This document shows positions 48,638 through 57,158 of a stretch of 64,000 nt of DNA, in pieces; the first letter of the stretch is position 1; the number at the start of each line of letters is the position of its first letter. A program made the translations under genes and the position numbers. The stretch is taken from contig JAKLEX010000001.1 in assembly GCA_022711495.1 (NCBI GenBank), forward strand, positions 225,389 to 289,388, given 5' to 3'. The stretch is from Patescibacteria group bacterium (GTDB lineage Bacteria > Patescibacteriota > Minisyncoccia > Phycocordibacterales > JAACPR01). A model generated the notes under the pieces. That model had not been told where the DNA came from. It made no database searches and was given only the letters and a program-made list of their open reading frames with translations.

Positions 48638-48871
48638 TCAAGAGTTGTTGATATCTTGGCCCGTTGCTACCGACTCATTATTTGCCGTTTTAGACAATGT
48701 TTTTGGTACGAAATATAGGGCGATAACGACGAATAATATCCACCAGAGCCAGATTACTTTGACCAAATAATCATAGAAGTACAGACCTAGCAAAATTCCC
48801 AATGAGATAAGGCAAAGCTTTATCAGTCCTACCTCCCACCACTTAAATGTCCATGTTCTAAATATCTTCAT
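48638..48871 (-). CDS. Small membrane protein, hypothetical
   Basis: 77 aa with 2 TM helices. Confidence 0.3.
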   Translation of the reverse strand: MKIFRTWTFKWWEVGLIKLCLISLGILLGLYFYDYLVKVIWLWWILFVVIALYFVPKTLSKTANNESVATGQDINNS

Positions 48872-48949
48872 AAACTTATATATTATTCCGATAATAAACT
48901 AATTATAACACTCTCGTATTTTTGGCCAGTGTGAAAAATATAAGCAATA

Positions 48950-48980
48950 AAAACCCGCCATCACGAGATGGCGGGTTGGT
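48950..48980 (-). terminator. Rho-independent terminator (minus strand)
   Basis: Reverse strand CCCGCCATC-tcgtg-ATGGCGGG followed by a U-run. Confidence 0.55.
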
Positions 48981-49033
48981 GGAAACAAATCAGAAGCGAC
49001 CTTGTTTAGACGCGCTGTCTGGAACAGCCGCGT

Positions 49034-49387
49034 TCATGACAACACGATCCGACGACCGGGACCTTTCGGCGTAAGGTCTGACACATAAACCACCACTGCG
49101 TTCTGGGCGGCTTCCTTTTTCCAAAGATCTCTCGCGTGTGCAAACATTGATTGCGCGTCACTAGCTACCTCCTTTCTGGTTTTAGAAATTTTTATCTGTC
49201 CGTTCATAAAACTAACATTTCTTGAGTTTCTGTCAAAATTTAAATTAAAAATTGAGTCCGATTTGACAAATTGTGCCGGCAATGTACTATTGCTTCCATG
49301 ATAAGAAATTATCAAAAGTTGAATATGAACAATTGGAACGTGGGCACATCCTGTGGTGACTTTTTTGCTATCGCGAACAGGGCCCAT
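49034..49387 (-). other. Uncertain: GC-rich structured segment. Either a 117-aa ORF or a 57-aa Cys-rich small ORF (Shine-Dalgarno AAAGGAGG + GTG) or a non-coding RNA.
   Basis: Atypical composition relative to flanks. AAAGGAGG-N6-GTG, then 4 Cys/2 His in 57 aa. Ends at a strong terminator. Confidence 0.2.
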
Positions 49388-49530
49388 CCGTTTATATTTA
49401 GCCGAGATAATTTTAATCTAGAATTCCTGTCATAAAAGTTTTCTATCTCAAAAGATAAATCAAATTATCCCGGCTGAACAGAAGCCGGTTTTTGTTCAGC
49501 GAGGAAAAGTTCTTAAAAAGGAGAAGACAG

Positions 49531-50721
49531 ATGAATAGGAAAGTCTTGTTTGAGTTTTATCTCTTGTCAGCGTTGGATTGTCTGGCTCATTCAACAATGT
49601 CGGCCATGTATGTTTCTTTCTTGATTTCAAATGGGCTAGATCTCTTTGAAATCAATTTAGTAAACTTAGTGTTCTATGTGACGTTGTTTCTGACGGAAAT
49701 TCCGACAGGAGCTTTTGCTGATGTCTTTGGTCGCAAGGTCTCGCATATTACGGCGTGCGCGCTATTGGCCATCAGCATGTTGGTGTATGGATTGTCCAGT
49801 TCGTTTATCTTTTTTGCCGTTGCCGAATCCATCGGAGCCGTTGCTCTGACTTTTTCCAGTGGAGCTTTTGACTCCTGGTTTGTTGATCGTATCAAGCATT
49901 ATGGTTATAACGGTAAATTAGATAAAGCCTTTGCGCGAGCCGGTCAGATTGGGCGAGTGTGTGGAATTGCTTCTGCTTATGTCGGAGCCGCTTTAGCCGA
50001 CATAAACATGGTGATTCCGTGGTTCGCCGCCAGCGCTCTGTTTGTTGTCAGCGGATTAGTGGCCTTGTTTATTAAGGAAGAGTACTTTGTCCGACAAAAA
50101 CTCTCTCTTACCGCCGGATTACGAGACATGGGAAAAACGATTCAATCTAGCTTATGCTACTGCCGAGACAACCTGAATGTTCGTTTTGTCATTATCATAA
50201 CGACGATTCAGTTATTTGTTTTGCAAGCCCCGAATATGCAATGGCAGCCATTCTTTAAAAGATGGTTGTCTGGCCAAATTGGGCTGGGAATTATCTATGT
50301 TCTCATCTCCGTCTCTGTGTTGTTGGGCTCGTTTGTCGCGCCATGGCTTCTGCGAAAAGTTCGTTGCGAAAGAAAGACTTTATTGATGACGCAAAGCCTC
50401 ATCGCTCTAGGCATAATTTTGCCAGTTTTGAGCGAGCGGTTTTTGCCGGCATTACTTATCTTTCTTGTGCACGAATTTGCTCGTGGGATCTTTGATCCGA
50501 TAAAAAAGTCATATCTACATCAGAATATTACTCAGAAAGAACGAGCCACGATTCAGTCTTTTGAATCAATGGCTCATCATTTGGGTGGCGCCGGAGGGTT
50601 GCTGATATCTGGCCTGTTGGCAAAGTCGTTTGGCATTTCGGTTAGTTGGGTGGTTGTTGGGATGGCGCTTCTTCTCGGTTCGCTCCTAATGGGTCGAAAC
50701 GGTCGTAAGCTGCCAAATTAA
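49531..50721 (+). CDS. MFS transporter
   Basis: 12 TM helices. Shine-Dalgarno AAAGGAG before ATG 49531. The ORF-track start 49492 is probably too far upstream. Confidence 0.7.
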   Translation: MNRKVLFEFYLLSALDCLAHSTMSAMYVSFLISNGLDLFEINLVNLVFYVTLFLTEIPTGAFADVFGRKVSHITACALLAISMLVYGLSSSFIFFAVAESIGAVALTFSSGAFDSWFVDRIKHYGYNGKLDKAFARAGQIGRVCGIASAYVGAALADINMVIPWFAASALFVVSGLVALFIKEEYFVRQKLSLTAGLRDMGKTIQSSLCYCRDNLNVRFVIIITTIQLFVLQAPNMQWQPFFKRWLSGQIGLGIIYVLISVSVLLGSFVAPWLLRKVRCERKTLLMTQSLIALGIILPVLSERFLPALLIFLVHEFARGIFDPIKKSYLHQNITQKERATIQSFESMAHHLGGAGGLLISGLLAKSFGISVSWVVVGMALLLGSLLMGRNGRKLPN

Positions 50722-50727
50722 AATTAA

Positions 50728-50758
50728 AGAGGGATCTTTTGTGGATCCCTCTTTTTAT
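50728..50758. terminator. Bidirectional rho-independent terminator
   Basis: AGAGGGATC-ttttgtg-GATCCCTCT followed by a T-run. Confidence 0.6.
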
Positions 50759-50861
50759 ATTGCTCTACTGCTGATCATCCGTTGAAATAAAAACCGCCCG
50801 GCTGAGTAGCGGGGCGGCTGGTTCATCACTTTTTGAATGGGCACTCAGTTATCGGAACGGA

Positions 50862-51296
50862 CTAGTGCCTCAAGGTATCTACGATGGCGGATACGACCGA
50901 CCTGTTCGGGCCCATATCCTGAGGCCAGAGTACAATCGGCTGCCGGAATTCCGTTAGCGTACTACTTATATCAATACCGTGATCACACATCAATACGATC
51001 TTGATACCGCTTGAAAACACCTCTTTGAGGTTTTTTATCTTCTCGCGAAGAATGGCCAGGTGTACTTTTGATCTCGGATCAAAAGTTTGCATGATATGTA
51101 CGTGATCAGCGCACGAACAATCAATGGCGCCGTACGTGATGGCCTTGGGCGCTATTTCTGACAGCCGTTGTTGCGCTGACCGTATTTCGCCCAGACCGTC
51201 GCTGACAAAAACGACACGAGCCCCCCTTTGTCCGAAAAGATTGCGCCATTTAAGGATCTCGCCCGCATTCCATCTCTGATAGATGACAATGTTCAC
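50862..51296 (-). CDS. Hypothetical protein (GC ~50%)
   Basis: 144-aa ORF, compositionally distinct, with a terminator-like hairpin downstream. Confidence 0.4.
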   Translation of the reverse strand: MNIVIYQRWNAGEILKWRNLFGQRGARVVFVSDGLGEIRSAQQRLSEIAPKAITYGAIDCSCADHVHIMQTFDPRSKVHLAILREKIKNLKEVFSSGIKIVLMCDHGIDISSTLTEFRQPIVLWPQDMGPNRSVVSAIVDTLRH

Positions 51297-51449
51297 TTTA
51301 ATCCTCCTTAGTTGTTTATTTGAACTTAAACTCCGTTGGCCAGTATACGTGAGATATACAGACCTGTCAATATAGCCCGAAAATGTCTTTGCTTAGAACA
51401 ATTTCGCGCCAGCGCAGTTTATCAAATAGGCAGAGGGACTGTATCGCGC

Positions 51450-52340
51450 CTAATTTGCGCGAGAATAGTAGTCAAATAACCCCAAGACTCCGGCCAGATT
51501 TTGCTCCCATTCAACAGTTTCATGGGTTTTTAGTTCAACTGTTATGGAAGGAATGTTGATCGTTGCTAACCAACCCTCAAGGTCACCCGTAACTACATAA
51601 TCATCAAATGTTGTGGATTTTAAGTAGCCAGATTTTTCGGAATAAATGTTCATGATGTCTGTTGTTTCAGGCAAAATACCATTTCCACATTCGCCGGCAT
51701 AAATAGTGTTGGCTTGACTATGCCAGGAAACAACCGCTCTAGGTTTTATTTTCAGGACAAAATCTCTAATGGCTTGCGATTCCGGTTCAGAAAAGGGGAA
51801 GTCGCCCGCTCCGACTTTATTATTTCGCCAACTAGCTTCCGGCGACCAGCGGCAATCAAAATTTCTATTTAGGTCAACCCCTCTGGCGTTAAATCTTCCA
51901 AGACCGGTCGTGTTTTTTTCTGCCGGCAAGTCTGTTAGGTCAAATTTTCCTTCTTTGCCAATATATTTATAAACCCCATCCGGGTTGGCGGAAGGAATTA
52001 CTGCGACAGAAAAGTTTTCTGGAATTGTGTTCGGATTTTGCTTGAAATAATCAATAAATCTGTAAGCCAAGACGACGCTATTCCATTCGTATCCACCGTG
52101 AATTCCGCCGATAAACAACAGCGGCGTTTTTCCAGTACCAAAGACATACGCATTTATCTCTCGTCCTTCTACCGATTTACCGATTAAAATTTCTTGTGGT
52201 TCCGTTAAGGTGCTGCTTTCTGTTGGGACATAAACAGGTTCCGATGAGCCACTGTACAAACTTATCAATACAAAAGCAGCGCACAAAACAATCGCGACCA
52301 ATAGTATAACGCCCCAGATCTTTTTTCTGCCAGAAAACAT
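51450..52340 (-). CDS. Secreted M14-family zinc carboxypeptidase-like protein
   Basis: Signal/TM. GGIHGGYEWNS and VDLNRNFDCRW (DxNRNF is typical of M14). Confidence 0.6.
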   Translation of the reverse strand: MFSGRKKIWGVILLVAIVLCAAFVLISLYSGSSEPVYVPTESSTLTEPQEILIGKSVEGREINAYVFGTGKTPLLFIGGIHGGYEWNSVVLAYRFIDYFKQNPNTIPENFSVAVIPSANPDGVYKYIGKEGKFDLTDLPAEKNTTGLGRFNARGVDLNRNFDCRWSPEASWRNNKVGAGDFPFSEPESQAIRDFVLKIKPRAVVSWHSQANTIYAGECGNGILPETTDIMNIYSEKSGYLKSTTFDDYVVTGDLEGWLATINIPSITVELKTHETVEWEQNLAGVLGLFDYYSRAN

Positions 52341-52353
52341 CTCTTAGTTTTGT

Positions 52354-53265
52354 TTAATCCGTGTAATATTCCAATACCGCTTCTATACCTGCGAGATTCT
52401 TCGTCCACTCCGCATCATTATGGCTAGTCAGCAAAACACCAATGGCCGGGATATCATTTTTCGCCAGCCAGTTGACCATATCACCGGTTATTTCGTAGAA
52501 GTCAAAGTCTTTATAAGCTTTGTAGCCGGAAGCCTCGGCGTAAAGGTTAACCAAATTTAAAGTTTCCGCTGACACGCCGTTATGGCAACTTGAGGCGAAA
52601 ACTCCGCCGGCGGCGCTATCCCAAGAAATGACGGCCGTCGGCTTATTGGCTTCAACATAATTTTTTAGAGCGGCGCTTTCTGGTTCAGAAAAAGCCGAAT
52701 TTCCGCCGCTGACTGACTTATTTTGCCAAGTTGCAGCCGATTGCCAGTCACAATCAAAATTTCTGTTCAAATCAACTTCGTTGCCGTTAAATCTGCCCGG
52801 TATGGTTTCTGAAAGAGATAGTGAAATGTCAGAAGCTTCAAATGGGCCCTCGTTCTCTACGACTTTACTTAACCCATCAGGATTTAACACCGGGATGATC
52901 GTTACCTTGACCGCTTCCAGTGCTAAAGGCGGATTTTCTGATAAATGATCTATAAGGTTGTAGGCGACTAGAGAACTGTTCCAAGAGTATCCGCCGTGAA
53001 TTCCACCGATAAACAAGATCTCTTTTTCCCCGCGACCGAAATGATAAGCGACGATGTCCAACCCGTCCGCGGAAGTTCCTATAATTGTTTTCGCCCCATT
53101 CGTTGGTTCAGTAACCTGATCAGTACTGGTGGCGTTTTTTTGTTCCGATTCGTCAGCGCGATATTCGTCTGGACTCTGAAGCGCTTCAGACGAAAGGTTA
53201 ATTAAATAATACAATCCCAACCCAACCAAGATAACAACTGTGATTATGATGATTACTTTTTTCAT
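52354..53265 (-). CDS. Secreted M14-family zinc carboxypeptidase-like protein (tandem paralog)
   Basis: Same motifs (GGIHGGYSWNS, VDLNRNFDCDW). About 40% identity to its neighbour. Confidence 0.6.
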   Translation of the reverse strand: MKKVIIIITVVILVGLGLYYLINLSSEALQSPDEYRADESEQKNATSTDQVTEPTNGAKTIIGTSADGLDIVAYHFGRGEKEILFIGGIHGGYSWNSSLVAYNLIDHLSENPPLALEAVKVTIIPVLNPDGLSKVVENEGPFEASDISLSLSETIPGRFNGNEVDLNRNFDCDWQSAATWQNKSVSGGNSAFSEPESAALKNYVEANKPTAVISWDSAAGGVFASSCHNGVSAETLNLVNLYAEASGYKAYKDFDFYEITGDMVNWLAKNDIPAIGVLLTSHNDAEWTKNLAGIEAVLEYYTD

Positions 53266-53304
53266 ACCTTGAGATTATACCAAATTTTCTTGGAGATCAC
53301 CGCC

Positions 53305-53343
53305 AAAAATAAAAACCGCGTCGTTGCGATTGCAACGACGCGG
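53305..53343 (-). terminator. Rho-independent terminator (minus strand)
   Basis: Perfect 12-bp stem CCGCGTCGTTGC-gat-GCAACGACGCGG followed by a U-run on the minus strand. Confidence 0.6.
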
Positions 53344-53440
53344 GACCAAAAGACAACTTTCGAGTGGCGGAGCTTTTGGAAGATTAAATTATGTTCCTCG
53401 AGCCAGTCGTCGGGCAATGGAATCACCGATACGATAATGT

Positions 53441-53845
53441 CTATTTTTCACGAAATCGTCTTGTGTTATGACTATATCGGCGCGCGAACCTCGCTTTTTT
53501 TTTCTGACCGTTGATTGTCAGATCCAGAGTTACAATTCGATGATTGTACTCAAAGAAGAAATCAATTCCCATTCGGTCTACGATGGTGCCGAGAGCATTA
53601 TAAAGACGCAACTCTATTGATCCGTGCCTTAGACGAGAGGCAACCCTTTGGAAAAGGCAACGAGCCAACGGTGTTGGTGGCCTTCGCGGGTTCCATCCCA
53701 ATCGCCGTTGCCAACCTTTGACTTTTTGAAGTCCTTCTCGGATGCCCCTTACGCGCCTAGCTCTAAGACGGACGCTAACTTCGTTTGAAGCGATGCCGCC
53801 GAATTCATACTCAAACTCGTAACCGGTTGTGGCGTTAGTTCTCAA
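53441..53845 (-). CDS. Questionable ORF / possible gene remnant
   Basis: 134-aa basic ORF in a ~50% GC patch with a terminator downstream. No motif recognised. Confidence 0.2.
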   Translation of the reverse strand: MRTNATTGYEFEYEFGGIASNEVSVRLRARRVRGIREGLQKVKGWQRRLGWNPRRPPTPLARCLFQRVASRLRHGSIELRLYNALGTIVDRMGIDFFFEYNHRIVTLDLTINGQKKKARFARRYSHNTRRFREK

Positions 53846-53940
53846 TTATCCGTTCCCCTTTGTGCTTTTTGGTGGAAAGATCTGTTACGTACTTAAGGAT
53901 AATCAAAATAATTAATGAGTCAATATTTGTTGAGAAGAAA

Positions 53941-53977
53941 TAAAAAAAGAGCTCGGAAATGTTTTTCCGAGCTCCCA
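53941..53977 (-). terminator. Rho-independent terminator (minus strand)
   Basis: GAGCTCGG-loop-CCGAGCTC followed by a U-run on the minus strand. Confidence 0.5.
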
Positions 53978-54005
53978 GAAATGATGCGACCAGGAAAGGC
54001 CGGGC

Positions 54006-54338
54006 TCAAGAATCAGACCATCGCACTGCGGCGATGTTCAAATCCTTGGGATCAATCATGCCCACCTCTTCGTCGGGCGAGGGCTGATTATCGCCCTTCC
54101 ACAGTTTGGAAACCGACCCGTCCTCTAGAACGGCAAATCCGAAATTCATCCCGCCAAAACGGTTGGCGAAAAAGATTTCACCATTGCCACCGGCCAACTT
54201 CTTGAAGAAATTGCCGGCCAGCTGATCGAACCTCATCTTGGCCTTAATCGGTACCGCCGGCGCCTCCATTTGCTTCATCAGCGTTCTCCTTGTTTGATCT
54301 TTTTCAAAGATTGGCGGCGGATGTTGGGTTTGACCCAC
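54006..54338 (-). CDS. Hypothetical protein
   Basis: 110 aa with GTG start and moderate GC. Confidence 0.35.
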   Translation of the reverse strand: MGQTQHPPPIFEKDQTRRTLMKQMEAPAVPIKAKMRFDQLAGNFFKKLAGGNGEIFFANRFGGMNFGFAVLEDGSVSKLWKGDNQPSPDEEVGMIDPKDLNIAAVRWSDS

Positions 54339-54478
54339 GCTCGCTGAAGGCCTGCTCAGCCATTCAGCAACGCAACCGCCGCCTTTTCATTCCGTTTGCA
54401 TTGTAGCAGATTTGCGGGCCCATGTCAATATCTAATATCGCGTAAATCAGTTCAACTCTGTTGTATACTATATCCGTC

Positions 54479-55549
54479 ATGAGAATTGAAGAACAGACTA
54501 AACTTGATTATTCAGATGTTTTGATTCGTCCGAAACGCAGCACTTTGACCTCAAGAAAAGAAGTCGTCCTGGATAGAACTTTTACTTTCTATCATTCTCC
54601 TAAAACCTGGACGGGAATCCCGATTATGTCGGCCAACATGGCGACTTGCGGCACTTTTGGCATGGCTAAAATTTTGGCGCCACTGAAAATTATCACGACC
54701 TTCCATAAATACTATTCAGTTTCTGATTTTGAAAAGTTTTTTCAGACTTTTAATAATCCGGATTATGTTTGCTACACGCTTGGAATTCGCGATGAAGACG
54801 TGGCGAAGATTCAGGAAATGCAGAAAAAAGGTTTGATGAAAAACTTTTCTTTTATTTGTATTGATGTCCCAAACGGCTATTTGCAAAGGTTCTTGGAGAG
54901 CATTCGGCTTATCCGCCAAATGTTTCCGGAGCACATCTTGATTGCGGGCAATGTTGTGACCAACGAGATGACCGAAGAAATAATTTTGGCCGGAGCTGAC
55001 ATCGTCAAAATTGGCATCGGCCCGGGTTCGGCTTGCACGACCAGACGGATGACCGGCGTGGGCTATCCGCAGCTGTCGGCAGTTATTGAATGCGCCGACG
55101 CGGCTCACGGAATTGCCAACGAAAGGGGAGTCGGACGAATCATCGCCGACGGCGGTCAACAATATATTTCTGATATCGCCAAAGCCTTTTGTGCCGGAGC
55201 GGATTTTAATATGTGTGGTTCACTTTTCTCTGGTTTTGATCAAAGTGATGGCAAATTGATAGAAAAAGATGGCAAAAAGTTTAAGGAATATTTTGGCTCC
55301 TCTTCAAATAAAGCTTTGGAAGAATTGTATGGCAAAAAAGACGACCATCGGGCCAGCGAAGGCCGATACGCCTTAATTCCATACAAAGGCGATATAAATA
55401 ATTTTTTGCAAGATTTATTCGGCTCTCTACGAAGCACGGGAACTTACATCGGCGCGCGTCAACTTCGCGAGTTTCCCAAAAGAGCGACTTTTGTGAAAGT
55501 GAACAGACAACTCACGAACTATTTGGAGCCCTATGATACGGGGGAGTAG
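54479..55549 (+). CDS. guaC: GMP reductase
   Basis: MRIEEQTKLDYSDVLIRPKRSTL... and GIGPGSACTTRRMTGVGYPQLSAVIECADAA (IMPDH/GMPR barrel without CBS insert). About 355 aa. TGTTGTATACT box overlaps the ORF-track start 54461. Confidence 0.85.
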   Translation: MRIEEQTKLDYSDVLIRPKRSTLTSRKEVVLDRTFTFYHSPKTWTGIPIMSANMATCGTFGMAKILAPLKIITTFHKYYSVSDFEKFFQTFNNPDYVCYTLGIRDEDVAKIQEMQKKGLMKNFSFICIDVPNGYLQRFLESIRLIRQMFPEHILIAGNVVTNEMTEEIILAGADIVKIGIGPGSACTTRRMTGVGYPQLSAVIECADAAHGIANERGVGRIIADGGQQYISDIAKAFCAGADFNMCGSLFSGFDQSDGKLIEKDGKKFKEYFGSSSNKALEELYGKKDDHRASEGRYALIPYKGDINNFLQDLFGSLRSTGTYIGARQLREFPKRATFVKVNRQLTNYLEPYDTGE

Positions 55550-55557
55550 AAAATAAA

Positions 55558-55590
55558 AACCACCCAAAAAGTCAAACCTTGTTTGGGTGG
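55558..55590. terminator. Bidirectional terminator
   Basis: CACCCAAA...TTTGGGTG hairpin with flanking A/T runs. Confidence 0.5.
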
Positions 55591-55600
55591 ATGGGGATAT

Positions 55601-56026
55601 TCACTGACAGCAGATATTAGGGACATGCATGACATAGGGGCGGGAGCACTTTTCGCAGGTAAACCAGCCGTAGTATTCACCACTTTCCTGGAAAAAACTG
55701 TCGGCGGTTCCGTTATTTGCCGCTTCATGACGGTCGCCTTCACAAGAAGGAAGACCGCTTATTTCCCAATAGCCCGCTGTTTCATCTTGCCTGGTTAGAA
55801 GCTGGCAAAATTCAACGAAGATCGCATGCGCCTCAGCTTCCATTTTCAGGCTTGGATCGAGCTCGTCATCTTTTCTTTTGGGCGACTGCTTTAAAACGCA
55901 TCGCTTAAAATCGGCTCTCAACTTATCGTATTGATGTCTGAAATGTTCATCTGCCAAGAGCGACCAGCAAAGCCGCGCTCTTTTTTCAAAGGCCTCTACG
56001 ACGGCCAAGAACTTGTCAACTTTCAT
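55601..56026 (-). CDS. Hypothetical Cys-containing protein
   Basis: 141 aa. Shine-Dalgarno AAAGGAG. TTGACT-N17-TAATGT promoter at 56066-56094. Confidence 0.4.
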   Translation of the reverse strand: MKVDKFLAVVEAFEKRARLCWSLLADEHFRHQYDKLRADFKRCVLKQSPKRKDDELDPSLKMEAEAHAIFVEFCQLLTRQDETAGYWEISGLPSCEGDRHEAANNGTADSFFQESGEYYGWFTCEKCSRPYVMHVPNICCQ

Positions 56027-56065
56027 GAGCCAACTCCTTTCTTGAATTCGGATTTTTCTTACTAA

Positions 56066-56094
56066 ACATTATAATTACAAAGGCAATTAGTCAA
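56066..56094 (-). promoter_or_regulatory. TTGACT-N17-TAATGT promoter
   Basis: Reverse strand TTGACTAATTGCCTTTGTAATTATAATGT. Confidence 0.45.
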
Positions 56095-56131
56095 ATCCTA
56101 ATCAACTTATTTATGACAAATTTTATCTATA

Positions 56132-56410
56132 ATGATCACCGATAAAAATTGGTCAGATAAGGTCACCAGAAGAAGTAACGCCCTTGATCTAAGAGGTGGT
56201 GTTTTTACTTGGAAAAATCCAAGGAAAATTGCCCTCTCTTTGAAAGAGTCTGCCCTTAAAAGTTCTCGTCGCAGATCTGGCGCATTTGCATCTGCCATGT
56301 CAATGCTGAATTTCTATATAAATCGAGCTGGTAAAAATCTACCGCGGACGCAAAAAAAGATTTTGAAACAGGCCAAGAATGAACTTCGGAGAGTTTTTAA
56401 CCGGATTTAG
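56132..56410 (+). CDS. Small basic hypothetical protein (conserved-hypothetical style, DUF3175-like, tentative)
   Basis: 92 aa, Lys/Arg-rich. SAMSMLNFYINRAGKNL core. Confidence 0.4.
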   Translation: MITDKNWSDKVTRRSNALDLRGGVFTWKNPRKIALSLKESALKSSRRRSGAFASAMSMLNFYINRAGKNLPRTQKKILKQAKNELRRVFNRI

Positions 56411-56429
56411 AAACAAATCAATAATGATA

Positions 56430-56458
56430 TTGACTGTCGCAGATATCTTCGATAATGT
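56430..56458 (+). promoter_or_regulatory. TTGACT-N17-TAATGT promoter
   Basis: TTGACTGTCGCAGATATCTTCGATAATGT followed by Shine-Dalgarno AAGGAGG and the ATG at 56477. Confidence 0.45.
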
Positions 56459-56476
56459 TTGCAAAGGAGGCACATT

Positions 56477-56707
56477 ATGAAACATCCTGATGGCGGAAGG
56501 GAGATTCTTAATTTTTACAGTTCAAGAAATCTCGTTTTAGATTTCTTACGGGACTTATCTACCGGCGAAAAAGTTTGGTTGGCGACGACATTAAGTGCCA
56601 TGGAAATCTACTATCGCCCGGTTACTCTTTTACAGGCAGTTGAACTATGCCAGGAATATCAAGTGGGAGCCGAGGTAATACAGAAGCTTGAGAGTGAGGA
56701 GAGCTGA
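56477..56707 (+). CDS. Hypothetical protein (76 aa)
   Basis: ATG 56477 after a strong Shine-Dalgarno site. The ORF-track start 56459 is a TTG overlapping the -10 box. Terminator hairpin at 56713-56745. Confidence 0.4.
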   Translation: MKHPDGGREILNFYSSRNLVLDFLRDLSTGEKVWLATTLSAMEIYYRPVTLLQAVELCQEYQVGAEVIQKLESEES

Positions 56708-56819
56708 ACCAAATGCGCGACATGTGTGTCGCGCATTTTATTATTAATTTTTTGTTAGAATCCGTGACAGCAAAATAAAAACCGCCCCCAAGACTCGTTT
56801 TTTGGAAGCGGCCCGAATC

Positions 56820-57020
56820 TTACTGCGAAAACAATTCTGAAAATTTCACCCCCTCTTCTTCAGCCCACTTTATTGCTTCAGTGTCGCTTACCGGGACACC
56901 TTCTTCCGCGTCGAGGAACCCATCCTCACAGACCAACAGCGATTTGTGGGGCTTACCCTTAAGCAGGTTTGCAATCCTTCTTCTGGCCGACAACGTTAGC
57001 ATTTGCGGCTCTGCGCTCAT
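56820..57020 (-). CDS. Hypothetical protein (66 aa)
   Basis: Small acidic ORF with promoter-like TTGAGC-N17-TAGTAT upstream. Confidence 0.3.
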   Translation of the reverse strand: MSAEPQMLTLSARRRIANLLKGKPHKSLLVCEDGFLDAEEGVPVSDTEAIKWAEEEGVKFSELFSQ

Positions 57021-57158
57021 ACTTTTCTCCTTTCTCGATTCTGGTCTCTATTTAAATACTACATCAACTCACACAAAAGCTCAAACCCGCTAGATATTAA
57101 GAGATACTAAGGATCTGTTTCTGTTATAATTAAAGAGTTATCAATTTAATCTAAAAAA

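Noticed and set aside
48945-49400. RNase P RNA, SRP RNA or tmRNA in the GC-rich structured intergenic segment
   Set aside because: None of the conserved motifs were found on either strand by eye. These are the RNase P GGAAAGUCCGGGC, the SRP GUCAGGUCCGGAAGGAAGCAGC, and the tmRNA GGUUCGA T-loop with CCACCA end. The segment is kept only as an unexplained structured region.
53269-53721. Short plus-strand ORFs (53269-53514, 53515-53721)
   Set aside because: They have no Shine-Dalgarno site or promoter. They overlap a terminator hairpin and the more plausible (still weak) minus-strand ORF. The region is treated as a possible gene remnant.
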